DNA from: Williopsis jadinii
Lineage: Eukaryota
Direction of reading: 5' to 3'
Length of the DNA stretch: 64,000 bases
Assembly (NCBI GenBank): GCA_024346625.1
Contig: AP024665.1
Span: 372,001-436,000 of the forward strand
The notes under the pieces were generated by a model that was not told the DNA's origin, ran no database searches, and saw only the letters and a program-made list of their open reading frames with translations. This document shows, one piece after another, positions 31,982 through 45,400 of the stretch. Each line of letters opens with the position of its first letter. The stretch's first letter is position 1. A program made the position numbers and the translations under genes.

Positions 31982-34063
31982 TCAAATGTTGATATGCTTG
32001 ATGTTCTCCTGTTTCAATTGATATGTTCCCTCAAGTTCTGGAATAACAACCTCATAGTTGGCAGTTTCACTTTGAATATCGCCATGGTTCTTCTCAACAT
32101 GAATACGGGCAATCAGTGAATCCCTTGTGATCTTATAAGCTAGATCTTTCCCCTCTCTAGGCTCGAATCCTTTTGGAAGTCCGGTGTCTTGAGATGGTAT
32201 CTTTGAAGTGCCAATTTCATAGCCAGCTTTGTCCCCAGTTGGATTGAAGTTCTTTATGTGAATCAAGTCAGCCCAGTTTCTCTTGTTTAAGAACTGCTCA
32301 TTTGAACGATTCTCCCCATCAACATCCTTCGTGAAGATTGGCACCATATCCTCATCTGTCATACGGGAGAAGTGATGGACTTTAGAACGTTTGTTCAGAA
32401 GTGAAGCCATTGCATCGGGAGGTGGGGCATTGCAAATAGCAGATGAAATGATGTTGAACATCAAACGAGGATCCTTCTCAGGTTCGTTCATCACCTTAGA
32501 GTTCCCTTCTTCATACTTCTCCTGACCAATCCAATGATGATGGAGTTTGGTTCTGAATCTTCCAAGGGCCGCAAGGTGGACATCACCAGAGAGAATGGTG
32601 ATTCTAATACCATTAGAAGCACCAAATTTTTGCAACTTGGCAACCACTTCGTTACGTTCCTTTTTATGGTCCCCTGAGCACCAATGGTCGTTCAAATCAT
32701 CCAGGACTTCTACTGAGCCATCGAATTCGTTCACAAGCCCTTTGGCTATCACTCCCTTTTCAGACAGCTTTCTGAATGGAGAGAGAATTCTCGAACTTAG
32801 CAGCCATTCAAGCCAAACCAATCTTGGATAAGCAATAGGAACACCCAAAAGAACCAAGATGTGCTTTATAGAAGGGTCGTTCTTCACCTCCTTCTCCAAA
32901 CGATGGAAAACGATGTCCAGAGTTTCCCGTGTGACAATTCTCTTTAGGGTTCTCTCAGTTCTACAATCCAAGCCTAGAAACCCAATACCTTTACCAAGCT
33001 TTGCAAAGACTGAGTGGGATCTCTGTTCCATATATGGGCCTGGTGTCTTACCCAAGATCCAACTTGGTTCATTTTGAAAGGTTGGATCATCTTCAACAGA
33101 GGTCTGGTGTTGGAAAAGCATGTAGTACTTGAAGGCAATTCTACCAAGCCCCTTGAACACTTTAGTGGACATAGTACCGTTATGATACGAGCCATAACCA
33201 TCAATGATATCATGATCATCATAAATGTTCATGGAAGGGATTGAAGCCATTGCAAAGGGGAAAAGAGGTTGTAATGTTGAACCGTTCTTACCTACCCAGA
33301 ATCCCTTTCCAAACCATGAGAGATATTGATTCAAGTAAAAGTCTTCAAAGGAGCTAGCCATCTTATCAGTAAGCTGTTGATTGTGCTTCTTGATTACATT
33401 CTTCTCGCCAAGCCACTTTTCGAATTCATCTGATGAAATCTTTATCGCATCGCAGTAAACTTGGTCACCACCACCAAGCATAACATGATAACGGTTTTCC
33501 TTGTAATGAGTTCTAGTCACATCAAACCACAGCGAACCCTTAAAGTCCTTCGTCTCAGTGGCCAAAGAGAACCCGTTGCAGGAGTGTGAAATAACGTTCA
33601 TCGGTTGTTCATCACTTGGCAGGAAGAACTCATACGACACGGTATCAAGAATGGTATAGCGAACCTTTTGCTCGAATTCCTTGAGCTCTAGCTCGACAGA
33701 GAACCTCCAAAACGTGTAACCGGCCTCCTTATGGATTGTAACACGCGGGAATTCACCTTGTAGGAACTCATTGGACGTCCCCTGTGGGATAGTTGGTCCT
33801 TGAATAAAAGTTATCTTGGGCTCAGTGGTGGACGATTCGTCCTTGGACACTATGAGGATGGACGCTCTGTAGTTCGACGTGCCATTCTCGTGGGTACCGA
33901 GCAATCTCAAAATTGGCCCACAGCGTATGTCAACACCGCCAACGGGCTCACTGGTTGGAACCTCCTTGGGGATTGTTTGCGCAGACTTTAGCTCGTCAAA
34001 TAACTTCTCCAGAGGTGTCGCATCTTGCAACCAATCACCTGGCACTTGTACTGATGCACTCAT
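31982..34063 (-). CDS. Uncharacterised PhoD-like metallophosphatase (YGR266W-like)
   Basis: CGPILR, SCNGFS, GGGDQVYCD, DDHDIIDGYGSY, LDCRTER, LDDLNDHW and LSGDVH motifs of the fungal PhoD-like family. Confidence 0.8.
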   Translation of the reverse strand: MSASVQVPGDWLQDATPLEKLFDELKSAQTIPKEVPTSEPVGGVDIRCGPILRLLGTHENGTSNYRASILIVSKDESSTTEPKITFIQGPTIPQGTSNEFLQGEFPRVTIHKEAGYTFWRFSVELELKEFEQKVRYTILDTVSYEFFLPSDEQPMNVISHSCNGFSLATETKDFKGSLWFDVTRTHYKENRYHVMLGGGDQVYCDAIKISSDEFEKWLGEKNVIKKHNQQLTDKMASSFEDFYLNQYLSWFGKGFWVGKNGSTLQPLFPFAMASIPSMNIYDDHDIIDGYGSYHNGTMSTKVFKGLGRIAFKYYMLFQHQTSVEDDPTFQNEPSWILGKTPGPYMEQRSHSVFAKLGKGIGFLGLDCRTERTLKRIVTRETLDIVFHRLEKEVKNDPSIKHILVLLGVPIAYPRLVWLEWLLSSRILSPFRKLSEKGVIAKGLVNEFDGSVEVLDDLNDHWCSGDHKKERNEVVAKLQKFGASNGIRITILSGDVHLAALGRFRTKLHHHWIGQEKYEEGNSKVMNEPEKDPRLMFNIISSAICNAPPPDAMASLLNKRSKVHHFSRMTDEDMVPIFTKDVDGENRSNEQFLNKRNWADLIHIKNFNPTGDKAGYEIGTSKIPSQDTGLPKGFEPREGKDLAYKITRDSLIARIHVEKNHGDIQSETANYEVVIPELEGTYQLKQENIKHINI

Positions 34064-34704
34064 GATGAATCCGTGGTCGTATCACTAGCAACTGTGTATG
34101 GTAATATGGAACTGGCAAACAACACTACAAACACACACAATAAACCCCGAGTCTGAGAAAAGGGCCTTCATTTGCTGTCGAGATATGCGGTTCTTATACA
34201 AATTATATCATGTAGGCTAAGCACACTGCGGGACGTATCGCTGTGCCCACAAGGTTTCAGCCCTCACATGAAATTCGTATGAGGGCCCTCTGCAGGCAGA
34301 CAGACAGCGAGGCAGAGGCAGCGTGAAGGATGTTGCTCTAATTTTCGAATTCCCACAAGGTTTATGCACGCTCGAGACGCTGATTGCTATTAGCGTGTGG
34401 GTCATTGGCCCGGCAACGCGACGGTAGGGTAAGCCTCTAATGTGTTACGTAATAAATGTTGCACAAAGTTCCTAAAAAGGAAAATATACCAATGCGGCAT
34501 CTGAGTGTGAAGCCTGCCGAGGGAAAAAGCGCGTGTTTCCGATGGGTATTGAGAAGAGCGGTGGATGGACAACAACAACAAGAACCACGATTGGGGTATA
34601 CGGACGGCACAGAGGTGTAACACGTATACATAGACGACGAGTATCGACTTGCTTACGCTCTCCGCTCTTGTTAATCCCTCTCTCTCAAGATATAAACACA
34701 CACA

Positions 34705-35402
34705 ATGGGTGAGTCAATTGTGGGAACCTGTTTCTTCTCAGAAGCCCTAGTACTAACGAAAGACAAATAGGCATTTCACTATGGCTATGTCCTAAGCCCT
34801 CTAGTCAGATCCACGAGACGCTGTCTTCCCTATCGACAGGGCTGGTCTCTATCTGCTCGGAATCCTCACGCGTTGAACCTCATATCACCATAACGTCTGG
34901 ATTGGCGATAAATTCGCATGCAGATGTCCGCACCGTTCTGGAGAGTGCCATTGCAGCACTTGGACACGAGATACGGTTACACGTCAAGCTCACCTCTTTA
35001 GAGTTGCAGGCCAAGAATCACTACTTCAAGAAGTTGTTTTTAAGGGTGGAGAAATCGAGGAATCTCGTCAGTTTCAGCACGATACTGCGTGAATTATACG
35101 TTGAGTTACCAACTCTGAAGAACGAGGCAGAGGCAAAGTACTCTGCACAAGATTGGGCAAGGGACGAATTTGACCCCCATGTTTCACTTCTATACACAAA
35201 CATGTCACACTTTGACAATGCACTGCAGAGAACAATAGTGACAAGAGTTGAAGATTACCTCGGGATCGGTGATATAGAGCCAAACACTCCAAATGAACTG
35301 GATATTTACGAATTGGGTTGGACTGGAGGCGTATTGAAAATTGTCAATTGCGAAGGACCAGTGTCAGAATGGCAAATTCTTGGTACAGCAGATATACACT
35401 GA
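34705..35402 (+). CDS. CPD1: 2',3'-cyclic nucleotide (ADP-ribose 1'',2''-cyclic phosphate) phosphodiesterase; exons 34705-34708 and 34771-35402 (211 aa)
   Basis: ATGG|GTGAGT...TACTAAC (34751-34757)...TAG|GC. Product MGISLWLCP...EPHITI...DPHVSLLY...CEGPV.EW has both 2H motifs. Confidence 0.93.
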
Positions 35403-35410
35403 ATCTTATA

Positions 35411-36163
35411 CTAATACTTTGAAGCGTTCACTGGAACACCTTCAATGGCAGCATCGTTGACGAACCAATCCACTGGAACGGAAAGTTCATTCACAAGTTC
35501 ACATGGTAATCCACTCTTTGAAGATGCAAAAATCTGTTTCAAGACTGGTGCCTTACCAGCACCTTCAGCAACAAAAGCAATCTGCTTAGCATTTCTCAGC
35601 ACTGGGAAGGTGAAGGTGATACGTCTTGGTGGTGGCTTAGGAGAGTCTGAAATTGCAGCGACAGTGACGGATTCCTCCTTTAGAAGCTCATGCTCTGGGA
35701 AAAGAGAACATGTGTGCCCATCAGGACCTGCACCCAAAAGGATCAAATCTAGAGACTCAGGCAAAAATGATGCATATTCTTTCGCAATCTGAGAATCTGT
35801 AGTAGTATCTGTCTCGTGCAATAAAGATTCGTTTATCGTGAAAACGGTCGGACCAGCAAGACCCTGGTGGGCAAGTTCCTTCAACACCATCTCGTTGAAC
35901 AACCCGTAATTTGAGTCCTCGTGTTCCAATGGTACCAATCTCTCGTCCGAGAAGAAAACTCGCCATTTGTCCCATTTGACCTTTTGAAGGATAGAGGAAT
36001 CTTCAATGAGCCCCTTCTTCAAAACTTTCCCCAATGATCCTCCAGAGATGGCCACATCGAAATGGGACTTTGTACTCAACGTAGCATCTTGTACTTTCAC
36101 GATGTAACGGGCAACCGCATTGGCAACGTCGCCAGAATCAGCATAAGAATAGACTTCCACCAT
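35411..36163 (-). CDS. SOL3: 6-phosphogluconolactonase
   Basis: AISGGSL, FFSDERLVP, LLGAGPDGHTCSLFP, DSPKPPPRRITFT. Confidence 0.93.
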   Translation of the reverse strand: MVEVYSYADSGDVANAVARYIVKVQDATLSTKSHFDVAISGGSLGKVLKKGLIEDSSILQKVKWDKWRVFFSDERLVPLEHEDSNYGLFNEMVLKELAHQGLAGPTVFTINESLLHETDTTTDSQIAKEYASFLPESLDLILLGAGPDGHTCSLFPEHELLKEESVTVAAISDSPKPPPRRITFTFPVLRNAKQIAFVAEGAGKAPVLKQIFASSKSGLPCELVNELSVPVDWFVNDAAIEGVPVNASKY

Positions 36164-36476
36164 TGTTAAGTACGTGTAATCAAAGATCTACTTTTAATGT
36201 GAGCGATGTGAGCACAAGAGAAGAAGAGAAGAACATGGTGGGAAAATGTAGATGACGCCGTTGAAAACCTCCCTCATACACAGGTTCAGTCTCTTCCGAA
36301 GGTTGCTGTGGAAAAGGTGTCAAAACAAAACAAACCCCTCGATGTCGCGAAATTTACCCTTTTTATCATGTCTGCTTAGTAAGATATTAGTCATGGGTGT
36401 ATTCTAGTGGTTTCCTGTAATGAAGCCATAAGCCAAGTACATCACTTAAAGTATGCGAATTTCAATTAGAGAGTAT

Positions 36477-39400
36477 CTATGTAATAACGCTTTCGAATAG
36501 CTCACTAGCCTGACTGATTGTAGCGATGTTTTTCTTCTTTGTCATTTCAATTTCCACAACCCTTTCTAAACCCAGCCAGGAAGGCGGCTCGAGATCAGGT
36601 AGGTTATTGATCCAATCTTCATAACTCTCGAGACTCTTCTCCTGCGGTTGTAACAACCGCAATCCTGATGGTGAGGTTATATCATTTTCAATCATGTTGA
36701 AGCTGTCTTCAAAGGCACCCATAGTTAATAACTTCTCTCCCAAACATTTTAGATAATGGAGATCAGTGGTAGAAGTGACTTTACCACCGTAGATAATGTC
36801 AGTTACAAGAGTCTGAATGGCCAGCCAATCAATCTTTTCCGGTGAAACACTAGTCCTACCAGGGTACACTGTTTCAAACCATCTGTCTATCACAAACAAT
36901 GCACCTTCAAAATCGGAATCATCGAAGTGATAGTTTTTAGATAACGTGGCAGGCACGAATCTTGAAGCCTCTTGGATTAAGGTGTGGTACCAAGACAGTA
37001 GGAAAAACACATACGACTTCTCTTGAGGGACTGAGAGTCCATCTCTAGCTGAGAATAGAGCAAAATACTCTTTCATAACCGTCTTTACACCCGGTGGGTT
37101 CTCAAAGACAAGGATTTGAGAGGATCTCAACAAAGTTGAAGGCATATCTGAATCACAATCACACGTCAAAAATAGCCTGAAGTCATCACTTAAAACAAGA
37201 TTCTCCAATCTCTTTTCTAAGTATTGCAACCAATGTTGGGAGGTTTGAACATTCTGGATCAATAGCCATGTTCCAGTTTTACAATAGGACACGAGCTCAC
37301 GCGTAGCAAGTTCTGCTGATTCTTTTGATCCCATTGATATAATCTTTAGATTCTTTCCAGATTCCGTAGCAAGAGCCCGCACCTTAGAGGAAGCATCAAA
37401 ACCAGAGGTCGAGCCCATAATTATTGGTTTTCCTGAATTGGAATACACAATATCACCAAATGTGTATTTCGATGTGAATGGAGAGCCTCCATTATGCATG
37501 TTAGAACTCAATGCTGCTATTGCATCTTCAAAACTTTCATCTTTACTGAATAATATCCGAATAAAAGGCTTTAATTCTTCCAAGGACGCATCGATATCTG
37601 ACATTTGTGCCCTTTCAAATAGATCGTCCACTGTGGATTGATCTACTTTAATGGATAATAGATCAAAGGCCTCACGGATAACATCATGGTCAACTGATGT
37701 AACACCAATCAACAGTTTGGCAGAAAATCTTGCAAAAAGAACTCCATCAGTCTCACTGAGGTACAAGAGTGATAAAGATAATCCAAATACCAAGATATCC
37801 TTGTTCTTCAATGAAACAGAGACACAGGAGAATGTTTCTCTATACAGTTCATCCACAAGTTGAAGAGTTCTTGTCTTTTGAGAAGACCCCCGTGGAACTG
37901 CGAGAACTTTACCAATGCATGAAATGAACGATGAGAGAGATATCTGATAAAACTGATCCAGCGATGTTAACTGACAAAGAATTCCATAAACAAGAACAAC
38001 ATTTCTAACAAACATGTCGTACTGGACTGCTATGTCATTAACCTTTTCCATAACTTCATCAGTCTCCTGGATTTTGGTCTCTATAACAAATGCTTCCTTT
38101 TTCAGAGTTTCCAACGTCTCGATCAGAGATGTATTGGAGAGCAAGTCATCCTTTGATTCACTCAAGGACGTAAGTAAGCTCTCCTCTAATTCTTTAAGTC
38201 TCACTTTGTACTCTCCTTCAAGCTTGATGATTTCCACTCGTTTCTCTTCCACCTCAGGCGCCTCAGAAGATAATGTCATATTTAGAGAACGGCTGATCAG
38301 ACTGCTGTCTGTAATTGTGAAATCAATGATAGACGTTCTAGTGGAAACAAACGGAACAGGTTTAATCGTTGTGTTTCTGGTATGTAAGAATAGTTCGAAC
38401 GTTTTTGAGCAGTCAATATCCTTATCACCAAATGTGACGATTGTTCTACCTCCCACTTTGTGAAAGTCACCGTTCAGTAATGGTGCAATGATAGGGTCAA
38501 AGTACTCTGCGTCTTGAATTACAAGGCAACCCCCAAATCTCAAAGAGTTCTCAAGTGTTCTTGTGAATCCATCATCCAGGAAACTTGTGGTAGTCATCTT
38601 CTTTGGTGCCATCTTAGAAGAAAGACATTCCAAGATATTACCATATGGGTCGATTATGAAAGGTGTCTTTGATGTTGTCTCCAAAATCGTAATGTTCTCC
38701 ATGAAAATATCATCATTTGGCAGCCCATTTTCTTGCCAATGTAGTAGATTGGAAGGTGTATTTAAGAACGAAGTGAGCTTGAAATCTTTATCAAATGTAA
38801 CCCCAGCGCAGGACAAGTATTCTTTGCAACTCTTAACAAACGACAAGCGAGACTTTTGATCCAATGCACCACTATGTGTTACACAGGCAGCAGCTAGCAG
38901 CGCGCTGCCACAAAGGTTTAAATACTTGATGTCAAAGTCCTTGATACTTTTTACCCAACGTTCTCTTTCAGAAGAAAGACTTTCAACGAGTTCAACAGAA
39001 CGTTTCATACTGAGTTCCACAGAGGTCATATTGGCTTTGATATTCTCAGTTTCTCTTATAAGCACTGAGTAGTCAACTTTGTATTTGTTAATGCTTTCGC
39101 TGAGTTCTCGTATCATATCGTCGGCAGCCATTAATCTAGCCTCGGTCTTATTGGACTCCTGCTCTAAAAGTTCAACCTCTTGACGTAATGGACCAATCTT
39201 GCCTAAAACAACAGCGTATTTGATCTGGGCTTCAACCCACTGAAGTAGGGGCCCACATGCTTTACTTGCTCTCTCCGCAGCAGCGTAATTGTAATCAGGA
39301 CGTGACAAATACTGTTCTGACATGAACTGGCGAACGTCCTCCGAGACTTGTCTCTCACAATCAAAGGTAACAATGCTGGCAATAAAGTCATCTTTACGAA

Positions 39401-42400
39401 TCACAGATTGAACGTCTCTCCAAGTTTGAACCTGATAGCCGAGTAGCACACATACAGACTCAAGCACGAGTTGAACCATTGCGGGAGGTGTTGACATGGA
39501 TCTTAGTTCAGTCAAATGCTGTTTTTTGATATTCTGCACTCCTCTTCTGGCTTCAAGAACTGCAGGCTCTGCAAGTGCGAGATCTTCCATCACAATCTTT
39601 CTTCTCTCCTCAATATATGCGTCTTGTTTCTCAAGGATGGCCTGGATTTCAATTGATGCCTCCTGCTTTCTTTCAGCTTCATTTTGCTCTGAAAGAATTT
39701 TGTCAAGCGTGGCCCTTGCTTCAGCTTCTTTAGACAGCAGACTCTTTTCTTTCTGAGTAAGGTCGTCCTTCAGCGACTTAACACGTATCATAGTTTCCTT
39801 AAGCTTCACCAAACCGCTATTGATATGTGCCTGATGGGACGAAAGGTCAGTTCCCTTGGTGTCATATATTTTCACAAAATTCTTAACTAACTCAATCAAC
39901 TTTCCTGGTGATTTTGTTGATGACTGCTTATGAATGTACAAGATACAGTCCAAGACAGCATCCCTATAAGTGTCAACTCTGACTAATGAGTTGGCGTTGT
40001 AGTTCAGTGGTTTTTCATAAGTGGAATTATCAATAGCAACAGTACGAAGTAATTCTTTTATCACATCAATGATACTTTCTTCTGACCACTGTCCCATCCA
40101 ATTCAGAACACATCTATTAAACAATGCAGGAGAAGCAATGATTGAAGATGCACGTGCATTGTCTGGTTCACTAATGGTGAAAACCACATGGAGGTTTGCC
40201 GAAATCTGTTCAGTAAACCAACTGTATACTTCATCATCCGTGTCAAGAAGTAGCCCACGAGAGTTAATTTGCTCTCTACAAGCATTCAGTAGCATGGTAT
40301 ACTCATCCTGCTCAAAAATTTCTTGGATCTGAGAATTTGCAAGCAACGAATTCATGCGTTCAAGGAACGAGCTCTCCAAGATTGTGGATTCATCAACAAT
40401 AAGACAAATTTTTTCCGCTTGTATACCTGCTTTCTTCAATAGGACTTTTAACGTGTTATCAAAGTCAGAGAGAGTGTAATTACGACGTACACTCAACTGA
40501 TGTATTTTCAAGCCATTGATCCATGCAACAAACTTTGTTAATGTGGTTTTGCCGCTACTACTTGGACCAACCAATATGAGGTGACCTTGCGGCTGTTTCA
40601 AAACACGGTCAATCCGAAGAATGTGATCCACAGCATTGGTGTAAAGTATGAGCTCTGTATCCAATACCTCATCGGAGAATACGTTCAGCCTCTCTCGGAT
40701 GAAATTGGTAATATCAATCGGAGAGACAGGATCATATGTCAACGACAACCAGTCGCTGTATAGAATTGGTCTTTTGAGAGTTTCGTTCAGATCAGACATG
40801 GGAAAGAACTCTGCTGCAACGTCATGGAGTAATTTCCAAGTCCATGACTTTTCGTCTTCTTCAACTAAACGGTCACTGAACAATCGTAATCCCTCGTGTG
40901 CCCACAGCCGAACAAGATCAGCTAGCTGAATGTTTTCATTAGGCCTTAGGGCAGAGTATATTCCTCGTATCCATCTGGTTAGTTCACGAGGACTGTAAAT
41001 ATAGTGACTCCTTTTGAAACCCATGTGGCTTATAGTCCTATTGTACACAGCAAGCATAGCACCAGTTAAGTCTTTCGAATACCCTGATAGCTGTGGAACA
41101 ATCTTCAAGATCGAAGTGTTGAAGGTTGTATATATCTGAACCAAAGAAATAGGACCAGGGTGATCAACCATTATCACTGGTAAGTGCCATAGGAATCTTG
41201 GAGATAACTCCACTCTTCCGATATCTGTTGGTGGGTTGCAGGCACCGACAAATTGTATGTCCACAAGACGGACCCACTGCATATGCTTTGTTCTCCAGAA
41301 ACCATTTTTCTCAACAAGACTTCTGAGGAAACTAATCACCGGCTGTGTGCCATAATCATCTTTACGAGGCAAGTTAATTTCGTCAGCAAACAATACAACT
41401 GATTTACCACGAATCTTTGGTCTGAAAATAATTCCCTCGGGTGTCTGTTTGTACTCACAAAACTGTTCAAGTGATCTAAGAACAGATGTAGGTGTAGTGT
41501 CCTTTGAAAAATTCATATTACACAGGTCGATATCTGGAGCCTCTCTCAGTGCCGAATACAGTGTCATTGTCTTACCAGAACCCGGTGGGCCACACAAGAT
41601 CAAAGACATCTTCTGTTGCAGAACTGAATAAACAATATGTCTATGTCTCAATGTATCAACAGTCTCAATCACTGTATTTGGATTGGATATTGCGTTTGCA
41701 TCGAGAGGCTCTTCGACAACCTTTGAAATGAGACTTTCCCAGGACCCATCGATATTAAGTTCGTAGTCAAGCACATTTTTATCGGTCTCTGTTGGGAAAT
41801 CAAACTTAAACTCTTGGGAAGAAGCCAACCAGTTGATGAATTTCATTTTGTATGTCGATGAGGCATTCCCAACAAGGGCCCACGTAAGAGCAAGAATAAG
41901 AGACCTCTTGAAATATTCTGTGGTCAGCACAGGGGGGTCAATTTCCTCCGAAATCACTTGATAGATGAGAGAACGAATGAATATGAACAAGCTATGGACC
42001 ATCATCAATTTGGAGGTCCACATAACACCCGGAATTTCAGTCAAACAGAAGTTCAATATATCCTCCAAATTCACCAGAGAAGTGCGAAGGTATGAAGCGT
42101 AAGAATTTAAGAATTCATCGATTTCATGACCCATAATATTCAACTTTTCAATAGGTTTGCTCAAAAAGTTGCACAGCTCATAGTTCACCACACCATCAGT
42201 AGAGACTAAGCCTGACTCCATCCAGACCATTCCACATCTGCTGATTGTTGCTGGAGTTGCATGTTCCAGGTTTGAAACTTCAAATAAGAATCTAACTTCT
42301 GGCGGAATTGGTAAACGCTCTCCGTTTGGTAAAGTCAACACCTTATTGTCATCCAGTACTGAATTAAGAGTCTCAACCCAAATTGGGTCTATATCACCGT

Positions 42401-45400
42401 CAAAAACTATCCAGCAATTAGTCTGCTCTTGTCCCCGAAGGTTATCGTTTAACTTCCTGATAATCGATGTGAATATACCGTCTGTCCATTCCCTAGTGAT
42501 AGGATCGAGCCACCCGAATAGCTCCGTTTTATTAACAACCTTTGGATCAATACAATAATGTGTGTAATGTGACTTCAAAGATAATGCCTTCAGTAACGTC
42601 TTCCAAAGAACCGTCTTTCCACAACCAGCTTCTCCAACTAAAATGACACCTTGTTTCGATTGTTGGATTTTATACAGTTGCAAAGACTTTTTTAGCCATT
42701 GGTCATTACAGAAAAGATTCTGCGAAGTAGCAACACTCTTGACTGCATTTTTGAAGTCATCATCAATCAGCAAATCATTGAAATCTTCAAATATCTTTGA
42801 TTTAATAGACTCATATACCTCAACATCTTCTGGAACAAGACGAGGTAATATCATTTCGTTCATTGCCTTGACAACAATGTTAATAATTGAAGCATCTGCA
42901 GTCAAAGTTTTAATTGTTGCACAGTGTTCAAGACAACTTTTTAGTGCTCTGAGACCAAAGTCGTAGTGTTTCTGCTGAGAACTATTTTGAGAAAGTTCTC
43001 TGAAGAGCTGTACAACACTGGCTGCAACTTTATCAGCATCAACAAATCCACGGGCACGTAACAAAACAGACGATATAATTTCACTGTCTGGTCTTTGGAC
43101 AGAGAATTGACGGAATAGCTTCTTTAAATTATCAGGAAGCTCCGTTCTACCAGAATATTCTGGATTCATGGTAACGAATATTCCTGTACCTTCTGCTAAA
43201 GTTGTTTCCTTGTTGAGTAGATTCACTGTTTTGGAGCCTCCCTTAATACTAAGCTCAATGTTTTGCAATTGCGATGATACAGCACTCAGAATGTTTTTTT
43301 CCAATCTATTGAACTCATCAAAACAACCAAACCCACCGATTTGACAGATACCAGAAAGAAGCCTAGATATGGCTTGGAAATCAAAAGACTCATCACAGTT
43401 AAAAACAAAAACCATCTTTCCAAGATTGTGGCCTAAGCACTTTATTGATTCAGTCTTTCCTGTTCCTGCTGGACCAAATAATGCACCTCCAAGACCCTGA
43501 TCAACAGCACTCGTCATGGAAATAAAGCAGTTGTTTAACAATGGCGTATATACCAGTTTATCTATTTCTCCGAGATATTCGAATCCATATATAATGGATT
43601 TGGAGTTCTGAACGACGCATAAAGATCTCAAAGGATCAGAAGATGAATCAAAATAAAACCGTTGCTGCTTTAACCACTGAAATGACTTTGCTGTCAAATG
43701 CTTTGTCTCCAAAAGTGCTTCCACAACATCTTTTTGATGAACAAGTTCAATGATCAGTGACGCCTTTTTCGTCGATGGTTCACATTCTTGAGTTATTGTG
43801 TTAAGCAACTCTATTAAAACCTTGTGAACTGAAGGAAGAGAGTCGTTGGAAATAGCCAGCTCGACGTTGCGGGACCACCACACCTGTAAGGTTAATATCA
43901 TGATTTGCACAGGATAAGAGCTATACCATGACATGACTTCTTCAGGATTGAAATATGAGAGCGATTTATTGAGGAGTGCTGAAAGAGTTAATTTAATCTC
44001 CAGTTCAAGTCTGTTCAACCACTCATCTAGTCTGGGATACTGATGTAGTGAAATGGGATCTTGAAGATTGAGAACTTCGCCATTGGAAGCAGTCACAGCT
44101 TCAATAATATCGCCACTCTCATTATAAGTGATATTTGAAACGCCGGCAAACATTTTCTTTAAATGGTTACCAACATTCTGTTTGTTGGCAATCATATCAA
44201 TCAGGTCATCATTACCAACAAAATACAACCTCGCACATAACTCCCTTTGCTTCTCCAAGAAATCTGACAGAGCTTTGGAAACTCTCACAAGGGCCTCAGA
44301 GAGTCTTTCGAAAGTTCCGAGAATATCTTCCATTGATGAGGTATCAATAGCCAGAGGAGCTCGATGTATCTTTTTAAGCACAATCTGGTATTCAGATGAC
44401 ACTGCATGGAAACGATTGTATTCAAGAGGAAGTAGTTTGCGAATTCCAGATTCAATATCGAAAACCCCCTCAAGGTCAATCCATTGTCGTTGCACAAGAA
44501 TCCATATGTCAACAATCTGGTAAAATGTATTCAACGTAGTCTCCCAGTGAAGAATGTCATTCTCAAATGTCTTGAAAACTGGTGAGTTTCTCATAGATGT
44601 CAAGCTAGATATATGCTCAGATGACAATTGTAACAAAACTGGAAAGTTCTTAATCAGGGAATGTCCCTTTTTCTCAAAGTAGTCGAATGTCTGTGCTTCC
44701 CAAACGTCTTTAATTTTTTGCAGCTCTTCTTCAATTGCTCGTTCAGAGTTAGCCAAATCAATAGTTGATTTTACAACAGACTCATGCAAGGTTAAATTCA
44801 ATGACCATATATCACCCAACGTTAATTCCAATGGGGGTGGAACACCAAGTTGTTTGAAAATGGACTTGATATGTCTTTCTTTCACAAAATCCTCTTTCAA
44901 GGAGATCAAAATCTTTTGTGAATGTAATAACTCTGTAATAGTTGATAAAAACTTTTGGAACGGCTTGTGTTGACGAATACGAACTGGCATTGACTTTGCT
45001 GAAGTAAGGAGATCATCTAACAGCTTCTTCAATGATCTGGGTTTCAGACTAGACCACGCCATATTCTTCAAATCACTAAGAGAGGACCATAAGCTTCTTA
45101 AGGAGCCCCATACAGACTTCAAGTCTGCCAACTCTTCTAATACACCTGAGAGATCATGTGTGATGATCACAGGGAGACCCAAAAGATTACATGCCTCCAC
45201 AAGCTTTGACCGTTTCGAGTCTAAAGCGATCAATGATTTCTCAATCATATCAAGTTGATTCAAAGCAACCTCTGGAGACTCCACATCATCTGATGGTTTA
45301 ATCTTTAACCAGGAATCATTGGTCTCCATTATAGTTTTCTGAAGTCTACCACATTCGTTCTCTATTGCTTTGTTAATAGCGCCGGAGTTCGAGATGAGTG

